The notes beneath the pieces were generated by a model, which did not search any database, was not told where the DNA came from, and was given only the letters and a program-made list of their open reading frames with translations. The position numbers and the translations under genes were made by a program. Shown one piece after another: positions 8,987 through 18,965 of a stretch of 27,009 nucleotides of DNA. How positions within the stretch are numbered: position 1 is the first letter of the stretch; every line of letters begins with the position of its first letter. Source of the DNA: a virus (taxonomy: Duplodnaviria; Caudoviricetes); IMG/VR virus record IMGVR_UViG_3300025889_000795, positions 1-27,009 of that record. One strand, given 5' to 3'.

Positions 8987-11159
8987 GAAGATACTCGGCG
9001 CTGTTGTCCTTCAGCTGCAAGCGGAGAATAAGCGGCTTAACGGCGACTTAAAAAAGGCGAACGCAACACTAAAGCGCCAAGGCAGACTGCTTGAGCGAAC
9101 TGCAAAACAAACATCGGCAAAGATAAGCAACGCATTTAAAGGCGCTTTGGCCGGCGCATTCGCTGGCGCAGGTCTTGTTTCAAGTGTCAAAGGTATTGCT
9201 TCTATAACCGATGAGTTGAAAGGTTTTGAGGGGCGTTTAAAGTTAGTCACCAAGTCCCAGGAAGAGTTCGAAAGCTCCTTTAAAGCTGTTGCAGACATTG
9301 CGAATGAAACTAGGTCAGGTTTAGGGGCTACAGTTCAACTATATTCCAGATTAGCGCAAGCGTCTGGTGATCTAGGCTTAAGCCAAAAAGATCTAATTGA
9401 GTTAACTGGAACTTTAAATAAGTCTTTTCAGGTCTCTGGAGCTTCCCAAGAGGAAGCGCAAAGAGCAGCTTTCCAGCTTTCGCAGGCTATCGCGGGCGGC
9501 ACTTTACGTGCTGAAGAGTTCAATTCAATCCTCGATCAAACGCCACGCTTAACAAGAGCAATCGCGGAAGGGTTAGGTGTCAATGCGGGCAAGCTTCGAG
9601 AGCTTGTTAATGATGGACGCATAAGTAGTAAGGCGCTTGTAGATGCTGTAAGAACGCAAACCCGCCAAATTAATGAAGAGTTTGAAAGCCTTCCTGTCAC
9701 TGTTGATCAATCTTTAACCAAACTTCGGAACAAATTTACTCTAGCTTTTCAAGATGTAGATGTCTCGCCATTAATTGAGCAGATAAACCGCCTAACAAAA
9801 GCCCTAACGAACCCCGAAGTAATCAAAGGTTTGACGGCTATCGCTGGCGGCATAGTCAAGGTCAGTTCTGTTGCTGCTAATTCTGTCGGTAAGATTGGCG
9901 AGTTTGCCAAGTTTATTGGAGAAAGGTTCGCGGCAACAGTTAATGGCAACGTTAATGATTTAGATGATATTGCTCGCCGAATTAAAAATACTAGTGCGCA
10001 GCTTATCGAGGCGCAGCGCTTAGTAGATGGGTCGGGAGGTGCGCCAGGTGCTGTTAGGCGTTTCGAAGAGGTCCAGTCAACGCTTAACAGTCTGCGTAGG
10101 GAGTATATAGAGCTCAGGAAAGAATTTTCTAAGCCAGCTGTCGCTAAAGTTGAAGTTCCTAGTTCGGCAGCCAGCGGCCCATCAACCATATCCCTAGACC
10201 CGCCGAAGAAAAAGAAAACCGGAAAATCAGAAGCAGAACGACGCGCCGAAGTTAGCGCCGGTTTAATTTCTGGCTTACGCGACGAACTGGCATTAGCTCA
10301 AGCCTTAACGGTCGAAGAAAAATCAAGAGTTCAAGCCGCCATTGAGCGTCGCAACCTAACAGGTGCTGATGTCCAATTAGGTGCGCAGCTACAGGATCAA
10401 ATTCGCTTTGCCGAGGCGCGGCAAAAACAAATAGACCTAGACCGACAGAATGCAGATCTAGCCAAATCTGTTATATCAGACCTGGAAAAACAAGTTTCCG
10501 GGTATAACGATCTCAGTGAATCTGCGCAAATACTCGTCGATTTAGAGACGGGTCGCTATAAAGCGCTGGACGGGCCATCTAAGCAACGCATTGAGCAACT
10601 GGCACGCGAGGTTGCCGAGCAAGAGAAGATCAAGGAAGCAGCCGAAAAGGCGCTAAAAGAACAGGAAGAACAAGCACGCAAGCTGGAACAAACAGCTAAA
10701 GAGTTTGGAAACACGTTCTCAAGCGCTTTCGAGGATGCCATTGTAGAAGGCTCTAAGTTTTCAGATGTTCTGAAAGGGTTAGAGAAAGACATTCTAAGAA
10801 TTATTAACAGAAAATTATTCCTTGAGCCGTTGCAACAAGGGATTAGTAGCTTAATTAGTGGCTCTGGCTCTGGCTCTGGGGGCGGACTTTTTGGGTTTTT
10901 GAGCGGGGCTAGAGAAAACGGCGGGAGCGTCATAGGTGGAAGAAGTTATCTAGTCGGTGAAGGTGGGCCGGAAATATACACTCCTCGCAGTTCTGGCGAA
11001 ATCATTTCTAACTCAGAAAGCAAAAAAATGTTAGGGCAGACTCAACAAGTTGTTTTCAATATAACTACTCCTAACGCAGATTCGTTTATGCAAAGCCAAG
11101 ATCAAATTGCGGCTGCTGGTGCGTCTATCGCCCAAAGAGCTGCTAGGAGAAATGGTTAA
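8979..11159 (+). CDS. Tail tape measure protein
   Basis: Tape-measure N-domain QLSQAIAGGTLRAEEFNSI, Ala/Leu-rich helices, C-terminal RENGGSV..GRSYLVGEGGPEIYTP. Confidence 0.95.
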   Translation: MAKKILGAVVLQLQAENKRLNGDLKKANATLKRQGRLLERTAKQTSAKISNAFKGALAGAFAGAGLVSSVKGIASITDELKGFEGRLKLVTKSQEEFESSFKAVADIANETRSGLGATVQLYSRLAQASGDLGLSQKDLIELTGTLNKSFQVSGASQEEAQRAAFQLSQAIAGGTLRAEEFNSILDQTPRLTRAIAEGLGVNAGKLRELVNDGRISSKALVDAVRTQTRQINEEFESLPVTVDQSLTKLRNKFTLAFQDVDVSPLIEQINRLTKALTNPEVIKGLTAIAGGIVKVSSVAANSVGKIGEFAKFIGERFAATVNGNVNDLDDIARRIKNTSAQLIEAQRLVDGSGGAPGAVRRFEEVQSTLNSLRREYIELRKEFSKPAVAKVEVPSSAASGPSTISLDPPKKKKTGKSEAERRAEVSAGLISGLRDELALAQALTVEEKSRVQAAIERRNLTGADVQLGAQLQDQIRFAEARQKQIDLDRQNADLAKSVISDLEKQVSGYNDLSESAQILVDLETGRYKALDGPSKQRIEQLAREVAEQEKIKEAAEKALKEQEEQARKLEQTAKEFGNTFSSAFEDAIVEGSKFSDVLKGLEKDILRIINRKLFLEPLQQGISSLISGSGSGSGGGLFGFLSGARENGGSVIGGRSYLVGEGGPEIYTPRSSGEIISNSESKKMLGQTQQVVFNITTPNADSFMQSQDQIAAAGASIAQRAARRNG

Positions 11160-11794
11160 TGTCCTATGTCGATATTCGTTTGTCCGAATCAATAGAACAA
11201 AACGCCAATTTTAAATATTTAAACAACACTTCCATCGTGACGACTTCTTCAGGCGCGGAACAGCGCAACGCGAATTGGAGTCAGTTTCGACTAAGTGCGG
11301 ACGTCTCCTACCCCATTCAAAGAAAAGAAACTCTGCAAGAAATCATCGACCACTATATTTTGATGCGTGGACAGCTGTTTTCGTTTCCGTTTAAGAACTG
11401 GGACATGTTCAGAATTGGTGACCCACGTGACAACACGTATCAAAGAATTGGATTTGGTGACGGTTCTACTGTTGGCTTCCAAATCAAAAAACTTTTTGAG
11501 CTTGGGGCTATCAACTACGAGAAAGATATTCTAAAACCAGCCACAGGCGGCAAAGTCTATATCGATGGCGTATTGCAAACGATAACAACTGATTACACCA
11601 TCGACCTGTTGACCGGGATAATCACCTTTACAAGCGCCCCCGCTAATCTCGCGGAAATACAATACTGTGGCGAATTTTATGTTCCGATGAGGTATGCAAG
11701 TGATTCGTTAAATGTGCTTGCTACTATGTATTTGCAAAATTACGAAATCGCCTCTATCCCAGCTGTGAGCTTAATAGAGGTCCGTGGTGAGTAA
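11159..11794 (+). CDS. Distal tail protein (DUF2460-like)
   Basis: TSIVTTSSGAEQRNANWS, RGQ..SFPFKNW, GDGSTVGFQI.K, TGIITFTSAP, EFYVPMRY.SD. Confidence 0.88.
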   Translation: MSYVDIRLSESIEQNANFKYLNNTSIVTTSSGAEQRNANWSQFRLSADVSYPIQRKETLQEIIDHYILMRGQLFSFPFKNWDMFRIGDPRDNTYQRIGFGDGSTVGFQIKKLFELGAINYEKDILKPATGGKVYIDGVLQTITTDYTIDLLTGIITFTSAPANLAEIQYCGEFYVPMRYASDSLNVLATMYLQNYEIASIPAVSLIEVRGE

Positions 11795-12614
11795 GGGGCT
11801 GGATTCCGCGCAGCAGGCAGTATATGACCAGACTGCAACGCAAATCACGAGATGCTTACGCATCGATCAGACAAACGGCACGTCTTACTATTTCACGAGC
11901 TTAGATCGAGACGTGGAAATCAGCGGAGACGTGTATAAAAGCGCAGGCGGATTTTCTGCGACTGCTTACGAAAGCTCCACAGGGCTCGCGGTCGATAATG
12001 CAGAGATATCAGCACTCACTGATGAGATGGGTCTAAGCGATGATGAAGTGATCGCGGGTCGTCTTGATGGCGCTGAGTGGGAGGTTTTTGAATACGATTA
12101 TGAAGGAAATCGCGTATTAGCTACTAAAGGTATAGGCGTTCTCGGCGAGTATAAGCATGCTGAAGGGCTGTTTACCATAGAGTTACGTTCGTTAGCTCAG
12201 AAATTAAATCAATCCGTCGGTTTTATCCTTCAAAAGAAGTGCCGCCACGCACTTTATGACTCGATATGCAGAGCGCCTACCGTTGGTAATACGTTCTCAG
12301 GCACGGTGACAACACCAACGAGCCGAACACAATTTGTCGGCAGTGCTGTGCCTGTTCGTCCTCTGGGAAAGATCACGTTTACTAGTGGCGATAATGTTGA
12401 CGTTACCGGCACGGTTCGCGCGGTGTCCGGGTCAACTATTACCCTAGAGTTCCCTGTCCCCTTCGACTTAGATCCTGGGGTCACTTATACGGTCCTTAAC
12501 GGCTGCAATAAAACCTTCGAGCAATGCAAGCTTTACGGCCAAGAGTTGAATTTTGGTGGCTTTAAAGACATGCCTGGAAATGATGCCCTCAGATCTCCCC
12601 CAAACGTCGCTTAG
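11787..12614 (+). CDS. Baseplate hub protein (DUF2163/BR0599-like), probable Fe-S binding
   Basis: FTSLDRD, GLAVDNAE, AGRLDGA, CRHALYDSIC and GCNKTFEQC..NFGGF..PG; tandem GTG starts at 11784/11787. Confidence 0.9.
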   Translation: MSKGLDSAQQAVYDQTATQITRCLRIDQTNGTSYYFTSLDRDVEISGDVYKSAGGFSATAYESSTGLAVDNAEISALTDEMGLSDDEVIAGRLDGAEWEVFEYDYEGNRVLATKGIGVLGEYKHAEGLFTIELRSLAQKLNQSVGFILQKKCRHALYDSICRAPTVGNTFSGTVTTPTSRTQFVGSAVPVRPLGKITFTSGDNVDVTGTVRAVSGSTITLEFPVPFDLDPGVTYTVLNGCNKTFEQCKLYGQELNFGGFKDMPGNDALRSPPNVA

Positions 12615-13038
12615 CTACGCTCAATCCGCCCGAGAAGGATGGCTAGGCGTGCCGTATCGCCACCAAGGCCGGACAAAACGCGGTGTGGATTGCCTCGGCT
12701 TGTTAGTTTGTTCGGCTCGTGATTTCGGTCTAACCGTTGTTGATAACCTCGCTTACGGTCGCAAGCCTTGCCACGAAACAATGAAGGAAGGATTGCTTGA
12801 TCATATGGTTAAAATAAACCGCGCCGACCTTCGCCCGGGAGACGTTCTTTATATTCGTTGGCCGAACGATCCTCATCCTTTACACCTCGCCCTTGTCACT
12901 AGTTTTAATGATTCAGGCGTCCCGATCATTATGCATGCTGATTGCGATAAACAAAGAAAAGTTGTGGAAATTACTTTGCCGTTAAATTGGTGGCCTAGCG
13001 TTAGCATGTGTCTTAGGTGGAAATCATGGGCAGGTTAG
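12580..13038 (+). CDS. Tail-associated NlpC/P60 cell-wall peptidase
   Basis: AR..WLGVPYRHQGR...GVDCLGL (catalytic Cys), PGDVL, HLAL, MHA. Confidence 0.92.
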   Translation: MMPSDLPQTSLSYAQSAREGWLGVPYRHQGRTKRGVDCLGLLVCSARDFGLTVVDNLAYGRKPCHETMKEGLLDHMVKINRADLRPGDVLYIRWPNDPHPLHLALVTSFNDSGVPIIMHADCDKQRKVVEITLPLNWWPSVSMCLRWKSWAG

Positions 13039-16000
13039 CCGGTGGCGTTGTTGGCGCAGCGTTGGGGTTTGCTGTTGGCGGACCAACCGGCGCGCGATTT
13101 GGTTTTGCTGGCGGGCAGTTTTTAGGCGGTGCGCTCGCGGGAAGCGGTGGCGAACAGAATAATAATCGTGCCGCGCCGCCGCTAGCAGAGTTCGCCCCTC
13201 TCAATGGAAATGCAGGCGCGCCGGTTGACTTTGGCTACGGATCGAATAGACATTCGGGGCATGTGATTTGGTTCGGCGGCTACCGAGAGATAGAGACTAC
13301 TACCCCAACTGGGGGTGGGGGTGGGGGTGGCGGTAAAGGCGGACCCGGTTCTGGTGGGGGTGGCTCTACTGAAACCCGTCGCCGTAGGGTGGCTACGTTC
13401 GCGATTCTGTGGAAAGAATTATCTATTTCAGAAGTCGCTACCGCCGTAGGGCGCGTGTGGATAGCCGGAAAGCTTGTCATAGACCCACGGGCAGGGTTAG
13501 AGCCGGAGGCTTATCTGGCGGGCGACAGGCCTTTTATCTACAGTACCGCGCAAACCTTCAATACGCCAGGGACTTCTGGGCCAGGTGTGCGCCATTATAT
13601 GGGCGGTTTGGACCAGTTGCCCGATCCAGCGATGGAGGAGGCTCTAGGCGCTGGCAATGCCCCAGCTTATAGAGGCTGCGTGATTTCGGTGTTTGATAGC
13701 TTCGAGCTGGAGCCTTACGGGAACCAGATGCCGTATAGCTTCGAGGCTGAGGTTGTTACTGGCACAATAACCGATCCGCCTATTAGGATCAGGGAGTTTG
13801 AGACGCCTACTGGTAGCGCTGCTGTGCGGAATGCTCGTTATCTAGGCAACGACACATGGCAGCGAGCCTACTATTACGGATCTGATGTTGATGGTAATGA
13901 GGTCTTAGACGATCACATCTATGTTACTCACGTCGTAGAGACTTATAATCTTTATGGGCAGAAAATCGACGTGGAGCGTACCACGCGCCGATCTAATTAT
14001 GTCGATGATATTACTCGTCTTGAGGCCGCTCCCTCTGGCATCAGAAATGCCCCATACCTCGGTTATACGAAAATTTCCTCTGGCCAGCAATTAAATCCCA
14101 GCGCGACGAGTTTCTGGTCATTCTTTCTCGGTCAGTCCGGGAGTAACAACCCGACAGTGACTGCGCCAGGAGGTGTGTCCCCTTATTCGGCGCGTGGCTT
14201 TTTGAACGGCCAGACAGTCGATTATACGGGCGCATTAGACGGCTTTACTAATTCAACATTATTCCTTGACGGCTATGTGTACGGGTATAACTCAGGCACC
14301 GATAACCAGCCGGGTATCGCTCGATATAAAGTTTCCCAACCAGCGTGGTTTCCTTCAGGCGATCCGGACTCTGCTTTCTTCGATCTGCGTGCGGGCGGAT
14401 ACACGGTTTCCGGTGTCGACTCTCAGGGTGGGAGGGCGCGAATCTTTCAGGGTATGGACGGTTACATTTATGTCGCCGCCTTTGGTAATCCGGATGCGCG
14501 ATTCGACAACGGGGTAAATGTTATCCGGTTAACAAAAGATCTGGAGTTTGTCGCAGATATCGATATTGGGGAAGCTCACTCGAATAGCGCAGAGTTTTAT
14601 TTCTGGAATAATTTAATGGTCGACTCTGCCGAGCAGACGAACGACAATGCCCGCCGTCTCCGGTTGTGGGATATCAGCGATACTGGTAATCCGACCCTAT
14701 TAAATACTGCCAACACAAATACAGAATTAGGGTCGGCAGAGATATTACCGCTGCCGAACGGGCTTTTTGTTATGCCTGACGGGATTTGGTCAGTTAGAGA
14801 GCAAGTTACTGCTCAAGCGGTGACACTGCAATCCGCATTAGAAAACCTCGCTGATCGGGTTGGTATGGACTCAAGCGAGATCGACGCGTCTGGAGCCACG
14901 CAATCTCTACGCGGGTTTAAAGTGTCTGGACCGACGGGAGCGAGAGGCGCTATCGAATCGCTATTTAATGCTTTCCCGGTGATCGGTTTTGAGTCACAAA
15001 AAGAGCTGAAATTTACCACGCTTGGCACAAGCTCAATTGTGACAATACCCGAGGATGATTTAATAGAAATCAGTGATGGGGAAGCTCGGACAAGCCTTGT
15101 CCGGACGCGAGCCCAAGAGCTAGAGTTACCCCGTCAAATCGATTTCGGATTTTCTGATGTCAATCAAGACTACCAACCAGACTGGCAATACTCATCGATA
15201 ATAGAAACAATTTCAGAAGAAAAGCTCCGCATTAGCGTGCCGGTTGTTTTCAGTTCGGCTGAGGGCGCGCAGCGCGCCGACCAAATTAAGCGGCAGATGT
15301 GGACAGAGAGGATCGCGTACCAAATATCGTTAGGCCCCAAATACACGTATCTCGATCCCGGCGATGTGATCACCCTGCCTACATCGCAGGGTAATATTGA
15401 TGCGCGGATTGTAAAAATCCATAGCGGGCTAAATATGGAGCATCGGATCGATTTAGTCGCCGAGCAAAATCAAAACTACACCTCCGATGCTGTAGGCAAT
15501 GATCCAGATTCAGACAACGCTCAAGCGTTGAGTGCGCCAGGGCCAACAAAGCTGCTATTTATCGATTCTGTTCCTCTACGCGATACAGACACTGGCCCCG
15601 GATATTATTTAGCGGCATCGGGATATACTGCCGCTTGGGCCGGCGCTAACGTAACGCTATCTGATGGGACTACAGAAACGTTCCTAAAAACATTTGTGAC
15701 TCAGGCCACTTGCGGGTTTACGACAACCGCACTGGCATCGGCAGATAATGGTTTAGATACGATTAATTCTGTTACCGTGAAAATGATAAACGATGGTGTT
15801 CTAGGCAGCATTACGACTGATGAATGGTTGGACGGTGGTAATGCGGCGCTAATCGGTAATGAAATTGTTTATTTCCGTGATGTGACAGATCTCGGTGACG
15901 GGCTTTACACTATCAAAACGTTTTTTCGAGGTTTCTTAGATACCTCCACCGCTGGCCACGCAGCCGATGACCGATTCTTGTTATTGGAACCAGACAAGAT

Positions 16001-17222
16001 ATTCAATATCGACGCGACCACCGCTCAAACCGATGAAACGCTAACCTTTTTGGCTCGTACTTTTTATGAAAGCGGTCGAGCACCTACAGAATATCAGGCG
16101 ACACTAGGAAATAATCGAACCAAGGCACTCGCGCCAGCGTTTGGATTTGCTATCAGAAAACCGAACGGCGATTACGAAGGGTATTTTTATGCGGGAGGAC
16201 GAGCAGGCGGGGAGCTCGAATCCGGTCACGGGCATATTGAACCGATGACTACGGAGCTGTACTCCGTTGACTGCTACACGGCCGAAGGTGTTCAGCTCGC
16301 AACGGTACTCACGCCAACGTTCGCGGCTTATGAAAAATACGACGATTACGATGGTAAAAAATACTTCACTTATACATTTGCTCAGCAGCAATCAGACAAT
16401 GGGGGTTTCGCCGTAGATGAGGCGAGCTTTGACTGCTTCCAGGTCGATGATAACGGGGTCCGTGGCCCAGCCTTGCGGATTGTGTCGCAATTTGCTCTCG
16501 CCGCGCTTGGTGACTATGACCAGCTCATACTTAGCCAATTACCAACGCCTAAATTTTATTGGCCGCTCGATGTTGATCGCGATGATATAGATACTCCAGC
16601 CGACGCGCTTACAGGCGGGGGCGATTTTAGTTTTACGACGAGCACGCCAGTGCAAGGCGGCACGGGCTCGTTGTTTCGATCAGCTACTTCACCCAGTCAC
16701 GCCGGGCAAATTACCGGAGCAAAAGCCACCGCAAATATTGATGAGTTATGCGTCTCGCTTTGGTTTCGAATTTATTTGACGAACGGCGCGATAAGGCATA
16801 GACCGTTTTTGGCTCAAAACAACATTAACAACTACGTCGGGCGTTTTGCGGTGGGAAGTAAAGACGGTGAGCACGACAAACTTCACTGCAGAATGCGATT
16901 TAATAACAACGTCAGAATTATTTGTGAAACTGATGGGACTAATAAAGTAAATGACAACTCGTGGCACCATCTGGTTTTTCAAGGATCGACTTTCAATGGG
17001 TTCGACGCTTGCCAAATTTGGCTGGATGGCGTCTTAGAAGTAACAGAGCCGACCACGGGGATTCCCGCTAATACGCGCCTACAGGACACCACAACCGGCA
17101 TCCAATTACTAGGCGAGAACGCGGATCGCACAAATTACGGTTACTTTGCGAAAATCGCGTTTTACGACCGATTACTCAGCCAATCAGAAATTGAGGCGCA
17201 ATACGCGCTCAGAAACTTCTAG
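13026..17222 (+). CDS. Central tail tip/host-specificity protein (J-like/GTA megatron-like) with C-terminal LamG-like domain
   Basis: QLPDPAME...NAPAYRG, YGNQMP, RAQELELPRQI, YLDPGDVI, GGNAALIGNEIVYF; C-terminal FYWPLD...SLWF...DNSWHHLV...IAFYDRLLSQSEI. Confidence 0.88.
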   Translation: MGRLAGGVVGAALGFAVGGPTGARFGFAGGQFLGGALAGSGGEQNNNRAAPPLAEFAPLNGNAGAPVDFGYGSNRHSGHVIWFGGYREIETTTPTGGGGGGGGKGGPGSGGGGSTETRRRRVATFAILWKELSISEVATAVGRVWIAGKLVIDPRAGLEPEAYLAGDRPFIYSTAQTFNTPGTSGPGVRHYMGGLDQLPDPAMEEALGAGNAPAYRGCVISVFDSFELEPYGNQMPYSFEAEVVTGTITDPPIRIREFETPTGSAAVRNARYLGNDTWQRAYYYGSDVDGNEVLDDHIYVTHVVETYNLYGQKIDVERTTRRSNYVDDITRLEAAPSGIRNAPYLGYTKISSGQQLNPSATSFWSFFLGQSGSNNPTVTAPGGVSPYSARGFLNGQTVDYTGALDGFTNSTLFLDGYVYGYNSGTDNQPGIARYKVSQPAWFPSGDPDSAFFDLRAGGYTVSGVDSQGGRARIFQGMDGYIYVAAFGNPDARFDNGVNVIRLTKDLEFVADIDIGEAHSNSAEFYFWNNLMVDSAEQTNDNARRLRLWDISDTGNPTLLNTANTNTELGSAEILPLPNGLFVMPDGIWSVREQVTAQAVTLQSALENLADRVGMDSSEIDASGATQSLRGFKVSGPTGARGAIESLFNAFPVIGFESQKELKFTTLGTSSIVTIPEDDLIEISDGEARTSLVRTRAQELELPRQIDFGFSDVNQDYQPDWQYSSIIETISEEKLRISVPVVFSSAEGAQRADQIKRQMWTERIAYQISLGPKYTYLDPGDVITLPTSQGNIDARIVKIHSGLNMEHRIDLVAEQNQNYTSDAVGNDPDSDNAQALSAPGPTKLLFIDSVPLRDTDTGPGYYLAASGYTAAWAGANVTLSDGTTETFLKTFVTQATCGFTTTALASADNGLDTINSVTVKMINDGVLGSITTDEWLDGGNAALIGNEIVYFRDVTDLGDGLYTIKTFFRGFLDTSTAGHAADDRFLLLEPDKIFNIDATTAQTDETLTFLARTFYESGRAPTEYQATLGNNRTKALAPAFGFAIRKPNGDYEGYFYAGGRAGGELESGHGHIEPMTTELYSVDCYTAEGVQLATVLTPTFAAYEKYDDYDGKKYFTYTFAQQQSDNGGFAVDEASFDCFQVDDNGVRGPALRIVSQFALAALGDYDQLILSQLPTPKFYWPLDVDRDDIDTPADALTGGGDFSFTTSTPVQGGTGSLFRSATSPSHAGQITGAKATANIDELCVSLWFRIYLTNGAIRHRPFLAQNNINNYVGRFAVGSKDGEHDKLHCRMRFNNNVRIICETDGTNKVNDNSWHHLVFQGSTFNGFDACQIWLDGVLEVTEPTTGIPANTRLQDTTTGIQLLGENADRTNYGYFAKIAFYDRLLSQSEIEAQYALRNF

Positions 17223-17231
17223 GGGTTTTAG

Positions 17232-17921
17232 ATGCGAAATTTCGAAAGGAAATTGTTCAATAAGGAAGAGGTTTTAAACGAGCTTTTTGATCGATTGACC
17301 GTTGCTGGCGGATTATCTCATAGATCACTAGATTCTAGCGGCCTCACGATTCCTTATGGCTCTACCACTCTATTTATTTACGGTCAGTGGGTCGATATCT
17401 CTGAGGGCTCTTTAATTATCACCGCATCATCGACTAACTATGTAGAGCTCTCGGTCGTTGATCCTTTCACGATTAGCACAAATACAACGGCATTTACTCC
17501 GGGCCGCGTTCCGCTGTTCGAGGTTGATACTAATTCGACAGACGTGACCGCTGTGCGTGACCGTCGGCGGATGCTTGATCTTGGTCAGCTTGGAGAAAAC
17601 ACAACACAAAAAATAGACTACGCTGCGAGCGTTACGCCAGATGCGTTCGACGGAAGGTACGTAGAAATTGGCGAGCTCACCGGTGCAATAACTATCGAGA
17701 ATCCTACGAACTCCCCTATTTCAGATGGCACAGACTCAGGCATCGGTTGCGAGCTCTATATAATGCTAGAGCAGGACGCCACCGGTTCGCGCGCTATTAC
17801 ATGGGGTTCTGATTACGTTGTGACGCTCGCCACTGGCGGCGCTGATGAGCGTTGCATTGTTCACTTCATCTTTGACCGTGGTAAGTGGGTTGCCGTGGGT
17901 ACACCTGTTTGGGATTCCTAG
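17232..17921 (+). CDS. Putative tail fibre/tail-tip accessory protein
   Basis: Last gene of the tail module; TASSTNYVE, FTPGRVPLFEV and QDATGSRAITWGS beta-rich motifs. Confidence 0.6.
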   Translation: MRNFERKLFNKEEVLNELFDRLTVAGGLSHRSLDSSGLTIPYGSTTLFIYGQWVDISEGSLIITASSTNYVELSVVDPFTISTNTTAFTPGRVPLFEVDTNSTDVTAVRDRRRMLDLGQLGENTTQKIDYAASVTPDAFDGRYVEIGELTGAITIENPTNSPISDGTDSGIGCELYIMLEQDATGSRAITWGSDYVVTLATGGADERCIVHFIFDRGKWVAVGTPVWDS

Positions 17922-17923
17922 CC

Positions 17924-18112
17924 CTACTCGTAAGGCAGGCAATCAGTCCTTTTTAAGCCGTTTTTTCGAAACACTTTCCGCGCATTTTCACACGCAGACT
18001 TACTCCCAAATTCCTGCATTAAAACCTGGTGCTGCTCGCCGGTTAAAGGGCCGCCCCACGTAATAGAAACCAGCAATATATACTTCATCCTGAAGTGTTG
18101 GGCTTGTTTCAT
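17924..18112 (-). CDS. Hypothetical protein (possibly secreted; EFGSKSACENA)
   Basis: ORF track; co-oriented with the early-left arm; may start at MKYILLVS. Confidence 0.6.
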   Translation of the reverse strand: MKQAQHFRMKYILLVSITWGGPLTGEQHQVLMQEFGSKSACENARKVFRKNGLKRTDCLPYE

Positions 18113-18206
18113 CTCTAACCTATCGGTTAATATTGGTGGGGTTTAAAAACATCCCCTGAAGTTCTACTAATAGTTTCACTACAGACCAATGTTTAAACTT
18201 CATTGG

Positions 18207-18392
18207 TTAATCCTCTAGCATCCTTTCCACTTTATTTTTTATGTGGCTAACTCTTAGCGCTGCCGCATTAGAAATGGCATAAGCAGCCAAAAAAGCAATT
18301 AAGGCGCTGTTTACATTGCCGTGAATAAGTTCATATGCGCCAATAAGAGCGAGGCACACACAAATAAAAATATCTATAAATTCTGACGTCAT
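18207..18392 (-). CDS. Small membrane protein (two hydrophobic segments)
   Basis: SD AAGGAG upstream; hydrophobic stretches. Confidence 0.65.
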   Translation of the reverse strand: MTSEFIDIFICVCLALIGAYELIHGNVNSALIAFLAAYAISNAAALRVSHIKNKVERMLED

Positions 18393-18460
18393 CGCCCCAT
18401 CTCCTTTATGCTCAATCCCTCACACATTAACCCGCCATATCGCGGTTATTGTTTGATATC

Positions 18461-18688
18461 TCAATCATGACTATCATCCTCCGGTGATTGGGCTAGCGTC
18501 TGCGCTTGACGCCATCCTTTGTAATACCCTTCGGTATAACCGAATGAATAGATCAACTTATCCCAAAGATAAATGAGCGTTGCCAGTACAGCTGCAAGCC
18601 CCATAAGAATCATGAATGTGAAACCAACCCATGCTGCTACAGGCTCTAAAAAAACCAGAACTTTACTCATCCATTCCATCAATAACAC
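18461..18688 (-). CDS. Small membrane protein
   Basis: Long hydrophobic helix; exact start uncertain. Confidence 0.6.
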   Translation of the reverse strand: MLLMEWMSKVLVFLEPVAAWVGFTFMILMGLAAVLATLIYLWDKLIYSFGYTEGYYKGWRQAQTLAQSPEDDSHD

Positions 18689-18962
18689 TCCTTAGCCGCT
18701 CGCGGGCCTCTATTACCTTATCTAGCTCAGCATCTGATTCGATGATATTTACACTGAGCCATACGTCAAAAACCTCAACAAACGCCAGGCATGCCGCTTC
18801 TCGTTTTTCGTGGGCTTGGAGTTTCATCTCTATTTTTTTGTATTGTTGGTAGTGCCAATTTCTTGCATGTTCCGCGTCTTTACACGCTGCGCTACAGTTT
18901 TTTAATTGCGCTTGCAGCTGCTCTATCTCAGCATCACGCTCTTCAAGTTCTTTAGTCGTCAC
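18663..18962 (-). CDS. Hypothetical coiled-coil protein
   Basis: ORF track; tight operon packing. Confidence 0.7.
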   Translation of the reverse strand: MTTKELEERDAEIEQLQAQLKNCSAACKDAEHARNWHYQQYKKIEMKLQAHEKREAACLAFVEVFDVWLSVNIIESDAELDKVIEARERLRSVIDGMDE

Positions 18963-18965
18963 ATA

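Noticed and set aside
13310-13365. G-rich tract (GGGGGTGGGGGTGGGGGTGG), potential G-quadruplex or phase-variable tract
   Set aside because: Explained by the poly-Gly GGKGG linker usual in this tail-tip family
70-17609. Numerous antisense and alternate-frame ORFs within structural genes
   Set aside because: Shadows of well-supported genes with no SD or motifs
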